DNA of 64,000 nt from Takakia lepidozioides (taxonomy: Eukaryota > Plantae > Bryophyta), in the NCBI GenBank assembly GCA_030704615.1, contig CM060734.1:19158001-19222000 (forward strand), read 5' to 3'. A model generated the notes under the pieces. That model was not told the origin of the DNA, made no database searches, and was given only the letters and a program-made list of their open reading frames with translations. Positions 12,025 to 25,088 of this stretch are shown here, piece after piece (position 1 is the first letter of the stretch; each line of letters opens with the position of its first letter). The position numbers were made by a program, and so were the translations under genes.

Positions 12025-13179
12025 ATGGGCAATCCTTCTTAACATGGGGTCCTCCACATGTCCAGCACACCACATCCGCCCGTTGTTGGCCAGCAAATGA
12101 AGGGAGAGACCCCTACATCTGAGGTCCTCTCTGCCCTTCCCTGGGCTTCACTTGAGCCCCCTTGTTGCCTTGAGCACATTGAGGTAGTGGCTGGCTAGGA
12201 GCACCACTACCCCGTGGTGCCCCTTAGCAAATCCCACCATGACCACTCGTTCCTCCACCATGTTGAGCTCTATCCGCTCTGCCAGCAAAAACACATTTGC
12301 TAAGGTGGGTTGGGCTGCTTGTAGGAGAGTTGCATCCCGCACCCTTCTCCTCAACTCCTTGTCCAATATCCCATACCAGAATTAGACTGCCTGAGCCTCC
12401 GTAACCCCTTGGGTTACATTAATCAAGCGCCTCATGCGAGTGAAAACCTCCCTCAAGCTCTCAGTAGGCTTTCGTTGGAACTCTTGCAAGCTCCTCAACT
12501 TCTCTGTCCTCACCCCTTGGTAGTTCCTTCTCAACTCTTCGAAGAACTCCACAACAGGGTTGAAGGCAGGCACCGCCAGTGGTGCTGGTGCAACAGTAGC
12601 TTGGGTGGACATCGTAGTTGTTGTACCACTAGTCCCACTACTGCTCGTGGAAGCTGTTGTTGTAGCTGCCGCTGCTGGTGCAGCTGCCGGTGTGGCTGCT
12701 GCCCTTATGTCTCTAGTGATGGAGACATAGTCGGGTGACCAGTACATCCTCCACTCCTCGATCTCAACATCGTGCCCCCACCTATTCTCATGGTAATCAT
12801 CCATGGGCGGCCCCTCGAGGTGCTGAAACAGCCCCTTCCATGCCATGAAAGGCGTAAACAGTTGTGGATTGCGCATTTGCTGCAAGTCACACCAACTATC
12901 AAACTCTTGGATAAAATCATCCAACTCAATGGTGCCCACCGCCCCAGAGTACCTACGTGGCCCCTTGGTGGCTCCATACATCTCCTCCATTGTGTCCCAC
13001 AACAATGGTAAAGAAACAACTTGCACCGCCGGTGTAAGTCCTTCTGATTCACAATCCGAATCAGAACCTTCCGTACAAGACACAGGAGGTGAAGGTGGCC
13101 TAAACCGCACACCCCGTCTCGTATACCCACTAGTATCGCTAGTGCTCGTGCCGGCACTTTCCCCAGCAACTAGTGGCAC
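12025..13179 (-). mobile_element. Second LTR retrotransposon family: gag with C-terminal zinc knuckle, truncated after the knuckle
   Basis: Gag-like PRRYSG...FDSWC...LQEFQRKPTESLREVFTRMRRL, in-frame stop at 12382, knuckle CWTCGGPHVKKDC at ~12068-12028. Confidence 0.85.
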
Positions 13180-15771
13180 CTCCGTGTTGACAAACTGACA
13201 CTCAACCGGTCATGAACATGTCTCTAACCCCCTCTCCACAAGGTATCCGGGTAGAGAACCTGATGCGGCTTATGGTTTGGAATACTAGGTTCTTAACATA
13301 GCCTGCACCTGCACCTGCATCCACCGCAGGCACTCCCATGGTTGGCTGGTCATCACCACAACCTCACCACAGGAGAAACAGAGATGGTCTGACTGGTTAT
13401 CAACCCAGCCTCACCATCGACAACATGCTCTAGGGTTGGATCGGCGATCAAGCCCGAGTCAACCACCTATAAAATCAAGCGCCCACACAAAACTAGCATG
13501 GCGCACAATCAAGCATGCAGGTGTGGAGGGGATCCAAACACAAGAATGAAACACAACAACTCCCCCACACCAAAAATCTCTCCACAGTGTCGCTCCTGCA
13601 ACCCAGCCCAAACCCGGACCGACTCTTGCCTCCACCTATGGAAAGGTCTCGGCCTACAGAGAAGGTGGAAAGCTACGAGGAAGGGAAGCTAAAGCAATGC
13701 CTATCCCCAGCACGCTCTCATCCCAACACCCTCTTTTTTTTCCTCTCTTCTCTCACTTGCATGACCATGAGAGCATCCTGTAGACACTCCTCAAACCGCC
13801 CTCCACAAGCTCATGAAACTTGGCCTCCAAGGCCCCATGCAAGCCTCCACAGGGTCCGCCAGTACCTCCTTACGTCCACCAGCCATTCCTCCGAATGGAA
13901 CCACCTCAGGAAACCACACCATTCGCTGAAGGTTAAAAAATGGAGCAAATAGAGGTACATATAGGCCCCAACAACATTCTGTCCAAAGGAATTACCTGCA
14001 GGCTGGTCTCCCCCATAGTTAAGAATTGGGCTGAAAACCCGAAAAGATTACCTGCAGGGAAGTAATCCCCTTTGTTAAAACGCAACAGGGAGGCAATTCC
14101 GACTTTTCTGCCGGATCAGCTAGCTCAAAACCGTTGTTCTTCAGAGCCCAGCCTCCCCATCAAGGTCCCACGAAACGAGTGAAAAAAAGATTTTTATTTT
14201 ATTTTATTTTTTATTTTATTTTCACTCTGCCTGTTCGCGGCCTTCCATGGCTCTAACCGCCACTACTCCTCACGGCCCACCCTAGGCACTCGTTGGCCAC
14301 GGGCTGCCCAGTGATACCCCGTGGTACCACTCCCACGAGCCTTCACGGCCCGCCATTCCCACGATCTGGTCACCGTGCCCACCCGTTGTGTCCGCACCAC
14401 GACTTCCAACGGTCACGGTCAATGGTCAACGGTCACGGTCAACCATCACGACCTGGGCTCGTGGTATCTCGTGATACCGCCCCAACGGCCCATCACGGCC
14501 ACTATTCCCTGCGTTCCTTGGAACTCCCAATGAATTCCCATGCGTTCTCGAGGCGTTCCCGACATTCCCACGCATTCCCGAGCTCTCCCCGAGCTGGGGT
14601 TTGCTCCTGCACCTACTGCCAACGAGCTATGGCTTCTGCGGAGCCATCAGCCCCGTCGCCCTACACTCCTGAGCTCTCATGGCCCACTAGAAGTGCCTCC
14701 AACTCAACAAGCAAGCTATATGCTGCCCAACAACCTCCCTTTTCTTCATGAAGCTCACAAAAACAAATCTGAAAATACACACCTTTACAAACTTCGTGCA
14801 CTTGCGCTTCTCATGCATCTCCCTTGGCTCTAGGGCGCCTCGTTGCTGCCCTTCCAGCCCCGCTCTTGCCACTCCAAGAGCCCTTACACTGCTGAGTTTC
14901 AAATTGAAACTCCAACTCAACACATGTTTCACAAGTGCACTGATTTGCACACAAGAGGGACCAGCCCCCTCTCTTCACTCATACCTCTTTATGAGCTTGG
15001 AGCTGAAGCTCCCAACGGGCTGCGATGCATCCCCTCGCAGCTCCACCATTCGGTTGTTCCTCATCTACCCGCAACAACTAGTTTCGGGCAGAAATACCTG
15101 GAGCTCATCATGTCATCTCCAACTTGCAACATGCTAGATGTCCATGCGCAGCCCACATTTCTGCAGCTCCTTAACTTGGCCTGCAGCTGAAGAAGACGAC
15201 CACCAATTCGTCCACTCGTGGCCAGCATCTCCTCCGCTTCACACTAGAAGCCCAAACTTGGTTGCCATAGCGTTGAGCTATGCAACGTAGCTCTTCAACA
15301 TAGGCTACCCGCCTCTCTATCCATTGCAAACCTCCAACCTGTTCGCCTTTGCACTCTATCCACTTTGGATAGGCTCATGTACGGATCCCTGCACTCTAGG
15401 CTGAACTGCTTCTCATGAAAACACAAGTGCTACAAAACAACTCGAACCTGGCACTCACAGACTTGAGCTCATCTTTCTCGAGTGATAAGGAAATGAATGA
15501 TACAAGCATACAAGCTCTCTCAAACTCACACACTTGCACATGAAAACATCACTCATATATTAAGTCGAGCCAAGTGCACCCTACGCCATGGGGAATCCAC
15601 ACTACGGCGCCATACGCGGTGAGGCTCAACTTTAGAAAGATGAGCCCACCGCGATCTGCCGTGAAGAAAACCACACCAGGTGCCCAAACATGTATTGGCC
15701 CCTGGATTGACACTTGGGTCAATCCCAAATGTCAATATATGAAAGCTAGCTATTTCCTAGCTAACTTCACA
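13180..15771 (-). mobile_element. Probable 5' UTR/LTR region of the gag-bearing element
   Basis: Non-coding region upstream of gag with short internal repeats (14390-14445). The minus strand begins TGTGAAG at 15771 at an apparent boundary. No second LTR or PBS confirmed. Confidence 0.35.
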
Positions 15772-16508
15772 CTAGTGGTAAAATAACTTGACAGGTTCCT
15801 CAAGAGCGTCATCCATAAAATAAGAACCACCTTGTGGATTCCAAGGTCACAGGCAAGGCCGTGAACCGATTATTCTTCATTCATATAAGTCATAGCTCCA
15901 CACACAAAACACATGTGGACCAGGACAGACGGGAGGTCTCCCCTCCCAATTAGCGATACACATCAGGCATAGTCAAATTAAAATGAGAGGTAAACATGCA
16001 CATGATACAACAACCCACCAAAGCCATAAGAGAATGAGGGGTCTGACAGGAACAAGCACAAATAGAAAGGCAAAGAGGACAGGAGGTCTCCCGTCCTTAC
16101 TCACGCTCTCTAGTCTAAAAGAGTCTGACGGGTGTGATGACGAAACCAAAACATGCACATAGTCAGCTAGGGGAGATCTCCCATGGTGATACCTCTAATA
16201 TCGACATGAGTAATGAATTCCAAAACCGAACAAAGAGTACACAGAGAACACAGAGCACAGCCATGGTATCCATCGCTCTGGACATGAAATGAATAAAAAA
16301 CAATGAACCATTTGGATTCATAATTTGCGCTTAGAGAATAACGTCATTGTCAATGTACATTATTTACAATATCCCAACTGGTGGAAGACTGTCACCCGAC
16401 TAGTAAGACCGGGTAGCGGATTCTACTCTCATCCCAGATCTCCCCAGATAGACATTCCGTTGCCCTGCATCTGTTTGAGGGCGTTGTGCTCGCCAGCAGA
16501 TCTCGTCC

Positions 16509-17258
16509 TCAGAAATACTCATATACCTCCAGAGACCCTCTTGGCCTGTTGGTGTGGTATGTCCATCCTTCTTCTTGTCGGATGTTGTACTCTTGAACTG
16601 TCGGAGATGACATCATGCCAGAAAGGAATGGCCATAAAGCCTCAACAAGATCCTCAACAAAAGAATCTCGTCCCTCCTTGACGATCGGCGTTAGAGTGTC
16701 ATCAAAGGATCTCGGGTAAAAACCAGTGTTCAAAGGGTTCCTCAGGGCTTTGGTGGGCTCATCATCGATCAAAAGCGTTTGGCCTTTTAGGCCGTAGGGC
16801 TTACAACTTCTCCCGAAGTGTTCCCAAAGACCAACAATGTCTTTAATGTAGAACGGCTGTGTTGAGGCAATGTAGGCAGGAAGCTTGGTGCAAGTATCCC
16901 GACACCAGATAAAGCAAAATTTCCTGACCATATCCTTCGGGAGAAGATATGCAAGAAGAGCCTCAACCATATGCTGAACTCCACAGGACCATATACCCAC
17001 ATGGTAATGGCTGAACGCAAGTTCAAGAAATTCCAGAAGCCCCGGACGAGGAACGACACTGTCCCAATCGTAGGGAATTTTGGCACGAGGGAAATGTTCA
17101 AGGAACCTCTGTAATCCAACAGGCTTGGGTTTATAGCACAATAAACTAACAACACTCAAAATGATTAACTTTTTTTGACCTCCAGAAGAGGCCGTCACTC
17201 GTGTCTTCCGGCGCAAGAGATTTGCTGCCGTGCTTGCTCGAAAATGGTCATGACCCAT
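16509..17258 (-). CDS. FCP1/NIF-like HAD phosphatase homology domain protein, catalytic DxDxT motif degenerate
   Basis: RPGLLEFLE...HVGIWS, FIW, YIKD and TLLIDDEPTKALRNP match the FCP1/SCP family. The motif I position reads LIILSVVSLL with no Asp. Confidence 0.8.
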   Translation of the reverse strand: MGHDHFRASTAANLLRRKTRVTASSGGQKKLIILSVVSLLCYKPKPVGLQRFLEHFPRAKIPYDWDSVVPRPGLLEFLELAFSHYHVGIWSCGVQHMVEALLAYLLPKDMVRKFCFIWCRDTCTKLPAYIASTQPFYIKDIVGLWEHFGRSCKPYGLKGQTLLIDDEPTKALRNPLNTGFYPRSFDDTLTPIVKEGRDSFVEDLVEALWPFLSGMMSSPTVQEYNIRQEEGWTYHTNRPRGSLEVYEYF

Positions 17259-17399
17259 CTGTCAAGATTCGACGGTTAGCTTTGGATGTGACCATCGGCA
17301 GCTATATTACTGATGTGTAGTAAAGTAGGAGATGAATCTAGAATTTATGGCGACGAAGCGGGGATACATTGTACTGACTCTGAGTCAGACTGAACTATG

Positions 17400-19179
17400 T
17401 TATTTTAATATTCTGTTTCTAAGTCTAAGTATTTAAGAACTCCGGATCTACGCTGGCTACACCTACGGCCGGGCAGTAAAAATTCAGGGGATAGGGACTC
17501 GGTCGCGTAAAGTGCCATTGCTTCGGCATAATCAGGAAGCAGAAAATTGGAAAGGGGGCTGTCGAAAACAGACTCGCCACAAATGGCTGTATCTCCTGAA
17601 GATCCACCGCTGCCTTTCCTGAAAGACAGCCTGAAAAAGTTATTACTGTAACTTTGATGTTATTGAGAAATTGAGTATGACTCCCAAAGTGGGTTTAGCA
17701 CTTACTCACATGAAAAGTCGTTGTTGACCTGCTTATCTTCGGAATCGTCATCATTTCGCATTTGAATCCGATCAGTCTGTGTGCCTGAAGTGGAGCCAGA
17801 CAAAAGGGGGAGGAGCACTGTGTTGTAGAGGTCAGAATCACCCTCCATGCCAAAAAAGCTTCTTCCGTCTGCCTTGCATGCATGGTAAGTTGCTCCTGCA
17901 CCAGACATGAGGACATGAACAGTTCGGTGGGGGGGATTTAAGTAGATGGAACTGGTGAAAGAAAATCAATTCAAAAGGGAGAGAACGAACCTGTGGACAC
18001 AGAAAGATCGACCACCCGTGCAGAGTGGTGGCTGTATGACTCCAGCAGTATTTGCATGAACGCTGGGGATTTTTCCTTTGCACCTCTCCAGGGAGTGCCA
18101 TCTGGTCTCTTCAGAGTCTGACTGGATTGCATGAAGTTGTACAAAATGTCATCGACATGCGGCTCATAGGGGGGGTTGACGAAACAACCCTGGTCAGAAA
18201 TCTCAAAGCTGCGGATGGAGGATGGTGTCTTTGAGGTGCAAATCCTCCGCAGGCAGATCGCCTCGAACATCCTCGTCTGCCAAAGATAGCAGGTTAGTGT
18301 GGTAAACACAATCTATAGTGGAAGTGTGTACATCGGCTATTCAGAACTCAGGCACAAAACAATCATTTTTATCACGAATCGGTGATGATCGGTGTCGATC
18401 ATGACAGATTCTTCTAGAGTGGAGCTGCAGAGAACATTGAAAATCATCATGAAAGCACAAGCAGAAGGGAGACGACATACCAGCTGACCAGGGAAACCCC
18501 CTTTCACAAGGTAGAGGTTGTTCACACAATTCCATGTGCGCAAAACTTCAGGTATGATGCCAATGCCCGACGACTATCTTTGTCACATGACTGAAAAAGC
18601 AGAAGTGTCCCTGCATCAGAGAGGAAATTATTACAGAACCCGAACACCCAACTCCAGTACTTGTCCTCGAATTTGGTCCAGCCTGGCGTCTTGCCCTTTG
18701 GAAGAACTTCTGGCACAGCCTGGCCATCCGGGATGTCGAGAATGACAATGGTCAGCCGCATATGTTTTCTGCACACCGCACACGAAGGTGGGACCTGTGC
18801 TCACCTGCAACAGACATGTTTTTTTTAAGAATTCTCATCAGATTGAGGAATGAGATTATGTTGTCCCAGATAGGCGAAGGCACCTCAGTGTATCCTCTCT
18901 TTCGACTCTGCATCATCGACAGCCAACCCTCATTGACAATTTTAATCTCTCCTGCCGAATCAGAACGGGAAGGGTGTGGCTTGGCATCGAACACGCACTG
19001 AACTGTGCGGGTATATCTTCCAGCAGTGAAGTCCTGCCCACTCTCCATCTCCTTTTCTTTCTCCTTCCCCTTGTCATTTTCCTTCTCTTTGGACTTGTCT
19101 TTGTCCTTTGGCTTTGCTGGTGAGATGACTATGACATCAAGAGCCTTGTCTTTTGGTTTGCGGCCCGCCTTCTTTCCCT
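17400..19179 (-). pseudogene. C-terminal half (beta-class N6A/N4C methyltransferase-like domain) of the ParB-MTase gene of element I
   Basis: Multi-exon. IVILDIPDG (motif IV position), PWRGAKEKSPAFMQILLESYS...VVDLSVSTG|ATYHACKADGRSFFGMEGD (motifs X, I, II). Colinear with 36088-37120. The 5' end is cut at the inversion breakpoint ~19174-19179. Confidence 0.8.
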
Positions 19180-20991
19180 CCAAGGCATGGATCGCAAGTT
19201 TGATGGTCATCCTTGGTGCAAGACCAATACCTACAATATGTCTGGTGTTCCAGATCATGTGAAATGTAGTAAAGTTCTTTGTGTTGGAATGCTCATATGT
19301 CAAAGCAGCACTTGCCCCTTCTTCAAGAAAGAAGGAGAACGGAATGACCGCTATTGGGAAGGAAATGCAGACAAGGTGTTCATTGCAGGAGCCCAAGTTC
19401 CATTCAACCAGTTCAAGTGTAGTTTCTGCAAAGAAAGACCTTTCAGTGAGGCGCATTGTGGGGCAAGAATGTACTATGTCACAAGTTCCCTTCCAACATA
19501 TACACGTGTTGCAGTTCACGTTGGGTTTCATAACCATCCATGTGCCAAGGGCGAGAATAGAGAGACTGCGGAAAATGCATCAAGCATGATTCAAGAGCAC
19601 GTTAAGATGAAGCCATGGTCGACCCCGGGAGCTATTTCCTTGTCAATGGCCCAAAAGCTCTTGATTGATCGAGTTCTTGTGGCTAATGGCACAGAGACAG
19701 TACGTCTTGAGGGAGAGGCTTTGGAAGATATTCTTGAAGAGTTTGCCCATGTTTGTAGCCCCAATGTGAAAAACAACGTCGCATCTGCACGTGTCAATTC
19801 CATCATGTCCATATTGGAGTTGAAGCGTCTGAGTACATACCATTTCATTCATAGCAATCTCCTTCCAGGCCAGCATACTTCTCATCTCCCCCATGTTTTC
19901 AAGATGTCTGTTGCTGGTCCTGGGAGTGGTGTTGATCTTGTGCGTCGCATGAGTGAGGGGGATCTACGCACAAGTTGGGTAGTATCAAATGCATCAAGGA
20001 TTGGACAACTCTTGCGTGTCATGTCTATGAACCATATGTCAAGCGAATGATGACCTTTGCCATTTGCGATATGAAAACAGAGGATGCAGATGCTCAGGTG
20101 TTATTCTGGGAGATGATCAATGAACAAGCAAAACTTGCTGGCTTGAACAAACCAAATTTTGTTGGCTTCATGGCGGATGCAGCAGGAGCGAATTGGGCTG
20201 CTGTTCGAAGGGTTTATGGATCTGATCCCAATGTCCCAATGGAAGGTAAAGAATTATATCATTGGGCTGAAAGCCTCCGAAGACACACCAACGACTATAT
20301 CTTGGAGGACTTCCGTGAAAGGCACACTCAGCTCTGTTATGAATGGAAAGATAGTGCTACCTTGGAGGATGCTACAACCACATACATTGCAATTCGGGCT
20401 TGGTGGCTCTCTTCAGGAGCATGCATAGAAAAGAGTCTGCCAAAACTGGATTCATGGCTTGCATGGTGGCACTACAGATATCGAATGTGGGGCCAATGGA
20501 TGAGAGAGGACATGGATGTGGAGGCAGATGCAGATATGCCTACCACTAATTTGTCTGAGGCAGTCCATTCTGCTTGGTGGAAGACAACAGACAATGGGAA
20601 AAAAATGAAGGTGGATCTATATGAGGCCACCATGCATGACATGTCACGAGCTCTTTTGCAGCAGGCAACATTTTACAGGCACACCACAGGAAAGCCATGG
20701 GGGATGGGGCCCGACAAAGAGGAGCTCATGTTGCGTCAAGCAGCTAGATCTAATAGCCCAGCAAAAATGGGTAAGGTTGTACGTGGCATAGTAGCTGGAA
20801 CACCCATGCACACAAGGGGGGTTCAATTGGAGGGAGACAATCGCACTATTCCAGTCAAACGCAAGTTAGGCGACGAGCATGGTGGGCCAAACGAATCTTG
20901 GAGGTGTGATATGAATGTAAAGACTGTTCCAGTGCGCGCCACTGGGATGCCCAGTCCACACCAGCCATCTAGGTTTACTCGCTTCTGGTAA
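19174..20991 (+). pseudogene. MULE/GCM-like transposase, 3' part of the element II transposase displaced by inversion
   Basis: Starts at LQGMDRKFDGHPWC. HVGFHNHP, MADAAG, MPTTNLSEAVH. A frameshifting deletion ~19980 removes the first catalytic Asp, and the CxxH Cys is also deleted. Confidence 0.88.
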
Positions 20992-21581
20992 GAACCTACA
21001 AACTCACAACGACGCAATGGCGTGAGCGCGCGAGCGTACGCTCACGCCAGCTAACGTGGCGTGAGCATCATGTCAGCATGTTGATGTGGCAGCAAATGAT
21101 GACGTGGCACTGTCCGTCATCTGCCACGTCAGCATTAACATGCGCTGCCTATAACTGAGGATGGTCCTATGACTGTGGAATTAATGCAGGGAATCTTGCC
21201 TAAATAGAATCAAGACTACCATGAGGCCTACAATTGTAGCATCCAACATTGTGCAATTACAAATGCTTGTTTCACTTTTACAATTACGAGGACGAGAAAA
21301 TATCCTCACAAAGTGTGCGCCATAGAGGCTGCCACGGGGAGACCTTCCTCCCTCCTCAAATAACAATGAGAGTTAGGATCATCTTCAAAAGATGATTGTA
21401 GTGCATAGCGACAGCAAGACATGTAGACTTCGAATGGTGCAATGACAAATGTGTTTTTAAAAGTTGTCACTCAGAGCTCACTCCGTATAGTTGGAGGCCA
21501 TATCATTGCACTACCGATGAATTGATGTGAATTACACATTTCAAATCATGGTCGTCCACATACCACATTGCATAGTTGATG

Positions 21582-24500
21582 CTACCCATGTGTTGTATCC
21601 CGCTGCAATAGAGTATCGACCTCGTTGAAACTCATAGTGGCCTGGTGAATGAAGTTGTCACGTTTGGGATTGCAAACCATCCTCTTCAAAAATATGAAAT
21701 ACAAATGTTTGCATGGTATGAATTTACCTCTCTTGCCCAAACTGGTTGATAGCATATTCACAAAATCAGGACATGTGCAATTGGGGAAATTGGAAACCGT
21801 GATGTCGTAGGTCCTGTCATGAACAACAGATGTGGAAGTGATGATTGTGAATACCCGACCATATCCTGGATCGGGTACTTCCATGGTGCTTCCAACACGA
21901 GCTTGGAGCATTCTTGCGGACTCCACTTTGCCAAAGTGTTCAGCGGTTGGAGGGAAACGCCGAACTAGCTTTCCATCTCGTTTGGTTGGCCACAAGTCAG
22001 GATTTGCCGGGGGGACCCGGGAGGACGCAAAAGTAGTAGCACATGCATGGAGTTGGGGTTGTCTCGCAAGGGAAAAGCCTGCCTCCTCCAGCATTTCAAT
22101 CTCCTGAAATCTGAGATGTGTTCCCACCTTCACGGGCCAAACGGTTGGAGGAGATGGCTTCATCACTACGGAAAGACGCACAGTTCCATGCACACATCTG
22201 GCACAATCATCTGCGCAGAACCAGAATTTGTGGTTCTTGGCTTCTGGTTGACCGTATGGACGCATCAAACCCGTGAAAGTCGGAGCAGGAGTTCGGGCAC
22301 CACCTTTGGATATAGATGAAGTGTACTTCTTGAAATTATTTGCCCTGATCGCTGTACATTTCACACGAGACCCTACACTTGTGCGTTCTATGTGCCAAAC
22401 GTGGTCGGGGCATGCGGACTCCAGCACATCAAGGGGGTTGTTTCTCTCCTGCACCATTTCAGTGGCACTGTTTGATGCTGGAGCTTGCCGTCGTGTTGGA
22501 GGTTCCTCCACAATAGAGGTTCCGGACATGGGGCTATCATGTAGGGAAACACGAGGCTTCGAGAAGTTATCACGGTCTGCCCTGTGCGAATCAGAATCCG
22601 AACCAGGTGGAGTGTTCAATTTCCTCTTACAGGAGCCGAATCTCTCCTCCCCTTCAAGATGTGGAACTCTAGAATCAAGTGGCGTTCCCTGGGCATACAT
22701 GCTCACCGCCCGTGCTATCTTGATTGGGTCCCCAGATTTGTTTGCAGCACGCAACATCAACTCCCATTTGTCCGGACCCTTGCCACCAATCCCACCTCGC
22801 AAGAAATCACGGTATCGGGTTTGTTGTTGCAAGGCACGTATCAAATCATCTGTTGTTGCCACATACAAATCCCGACCTCGTTTCCCAGACTGCTGCAACC
22901 ATGCGTTGTGCACAGTTTCTGCCAAATTGCAAGATGGCATGTCCGCCATTTCCTCAATGGACATGTTATGCAAAGTGGAGAACCACACTTCAAAACAGTG
23001 AACAGAAAACAACATAAAGAAAGCGATGACACAATAAAATGGAAAGTAAATGTATGAATAAAGCAAGAAATATAAGCCTCGTACCACTGGCATAGCTGCT
23101 CCCCACTGTCTATACCGGAAGTGCCAAAACGCCAGCCAATCTTTCAATGCTCTCATACTCTCAAGTGATGCAGCTCCAGAAGAGAACCACCAGGCACGAA
23201 TTGTCTAGAACAAAGTGTCTGCCTCCTTCATTGTTCTAGCATCTTTGTACTCTTTGCACAATTTACGGTGCTGAGTCTGCATCTCTGGTTTGATGTCCGA
23301 CTTTGTATGTTTTTCCAGAGATTGTGTCCAATGGAATAGACATGTACGCTCTCTTCCTCGCATTGGCACTTTTGGGTCGCCCGATCCGAAGACAATACGA
23401 ACATCATTGAAATTTGCTTGAGCACTATCCGCCATGAAACTTGCGAAATTTGGAGATGGCAGCCCATGGCAGCCCATGACACGTATCAGGGAATTCCACT
23501 GGGATTCCGTATCCTCGGATTGCATGTCACAAACTGCAATTGTCATAACTCGTCGGTACACTGGATCGTAGACATGACAAGCCATTGTCGTCCAATCCTT
23601 CACTCGTTTCACATGATCAAACATAAGAAAACAGTTCTGCAAGTCCCCAGTCTTCTGCATCCGCTTCACGAGGCTAACCCCACTGCCCTCCCCAACAGTC
23701 GACATTTTGAAAAGAAAAACTTTGATGGCACCTTGACCTGGGAATACATTGTCCTGGATGTAATCGTATTTGCTCACTCGTTTCAACTCCAAAATGTTGT
23801 CTATATAGCCTCTGATACCAGAGCCCATTCTTAATGCATTGATCTGATGCCGAATGTTAGGTGAACTCAAAGTGGAGAAATGATCCATGACCAGGTCCAA
23901 TGCTGCACCGTCAAGTTTAGTCCCCATAGAATCCCCTTCACTCAAAATATGGCTTTCCAAGAAGGACTTGCTTGCGCCAAGAGCAATTGCAGATGTTGTT
24001 GCGGATGGGTTTCTCCCGAACTCCTGTTTAATCAACCTCGATACTGTCTCAACACTGTCCCTGTAATCCCCCTTCGAGACAGGATGGTTATGGAATCCGA
24101 AATGCACACAAGCTCTAGTCATTGTTTCCAAACGGTGGACAACATAGTACATTCTTGCTCCGCAGAGCGCCAAGCAGGATGGCACAAGTTTGCAGAATTT
24201 GCAGACGAAAGTGTTTGCCAGTGGTGGGGCAGTCCCAGGCTGAAATGGATTTTCCGCCAGACCCTCCCATTCGCTTTGATTATGAACCCCAGACTGAAGA
24301 AAGTGTCTGCAATTCAAATTATCACACCTAAGGTGTCCATTGCAAACTGTTCTCCTGAAAACAAGCTTGTCATCATTCTGAATATTGGATGTTTTTGTTC
24401 TGCACCACGGGTGCCCGTCGTGTTTCTTGTCCATTCCATGCATCATGATTGTTACACCTCCAACTCGCGGAGGAGGAGGCAGCTCGAATAGGATATCGCC

Positions 24501-25088
24501 ATCAAAAGTCTCTGGCAAGAACTTCACAGGCACCTGCTTCAAAGATTCCCAATCAATTCCTCGCAACTCACTTTTGAATCCAGCCATTCCTCCCATCGCC
24601 CGTAATTTTGGAATGACACTACAAATCTCTTCTTCATCAGCTTCTCCAACCACAGTAGAAAGGACTGGATTTGGAATTTCACTTATGTCATCATCGGACG
24701 AATCCGAAAGCTCAACGATTGGAGTGGAGGACGTATGTTCTTTTTTCACCACCACCTCCCTCTTGTCTTTAACGATCGAAGCAGCAGTCCCGGACGTCAC
24801 ATATGACCCAAGGGACTTTCGCCGAGGCTCTCCAAGTACTCTGTATCGACCAGGGCGCACTCTCCACTGGCTGACATGAGCCGTCTCATCACGGTTTTGG
24901 AAAGAGTATTTCAACAACTTCCCTTTCAAATCGTACACCTCTTTCTCCAAAAAGATGGAGCCATTCTGAAGCTGAAAACGGGTAGCCAAGACATGTTCCA
25001 GAACAATTGCAAATCCATTGTCAAGGACTTCCTGGGAGAACGGCACTGGTTTGTCGTCAGAGAAGAACTCCGCTTCAAAGGAAGCCAT
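21582..25088 (-). pseudogene. Near full-length MULE transposase (N-terminal domain, GCM-like zinc domain, DDE core, C-terminal SWIM finger), element I
   Basis: DGHPWCRTKT...CNGHLRC...CKFC...HFGFHNHP; MFDHVK / MADSAQ / CLFHW / NLAETVH; SWIM CTCPDF...CKH. A single in-frame TAG at 23207-23205 joins ORFs 23205..25088 and 21582..23156. Probable intron ~23083-22967 with a degenerate acceptor. Confidence 0.92.

Noticed and set aside
14843-15420. Possible leucine-rich-repeat ORF
   Set aside because: No regular LxxLxL periodicity, interrupted by stops, and inside a probable LTR/UTR region.
15770-15790. CACTAGTGG as a CACTA terminus
   Set aside because: No matching opposite terminus or TSD found. The same bases fit an LTR TG start on the minus strand equally well.
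23810-23821. CTCTGATACCA as an iMet primer-binding site
   Set aside because: It lies inside the transposase reading frame with no adjacent LTR, so it is a chance match.
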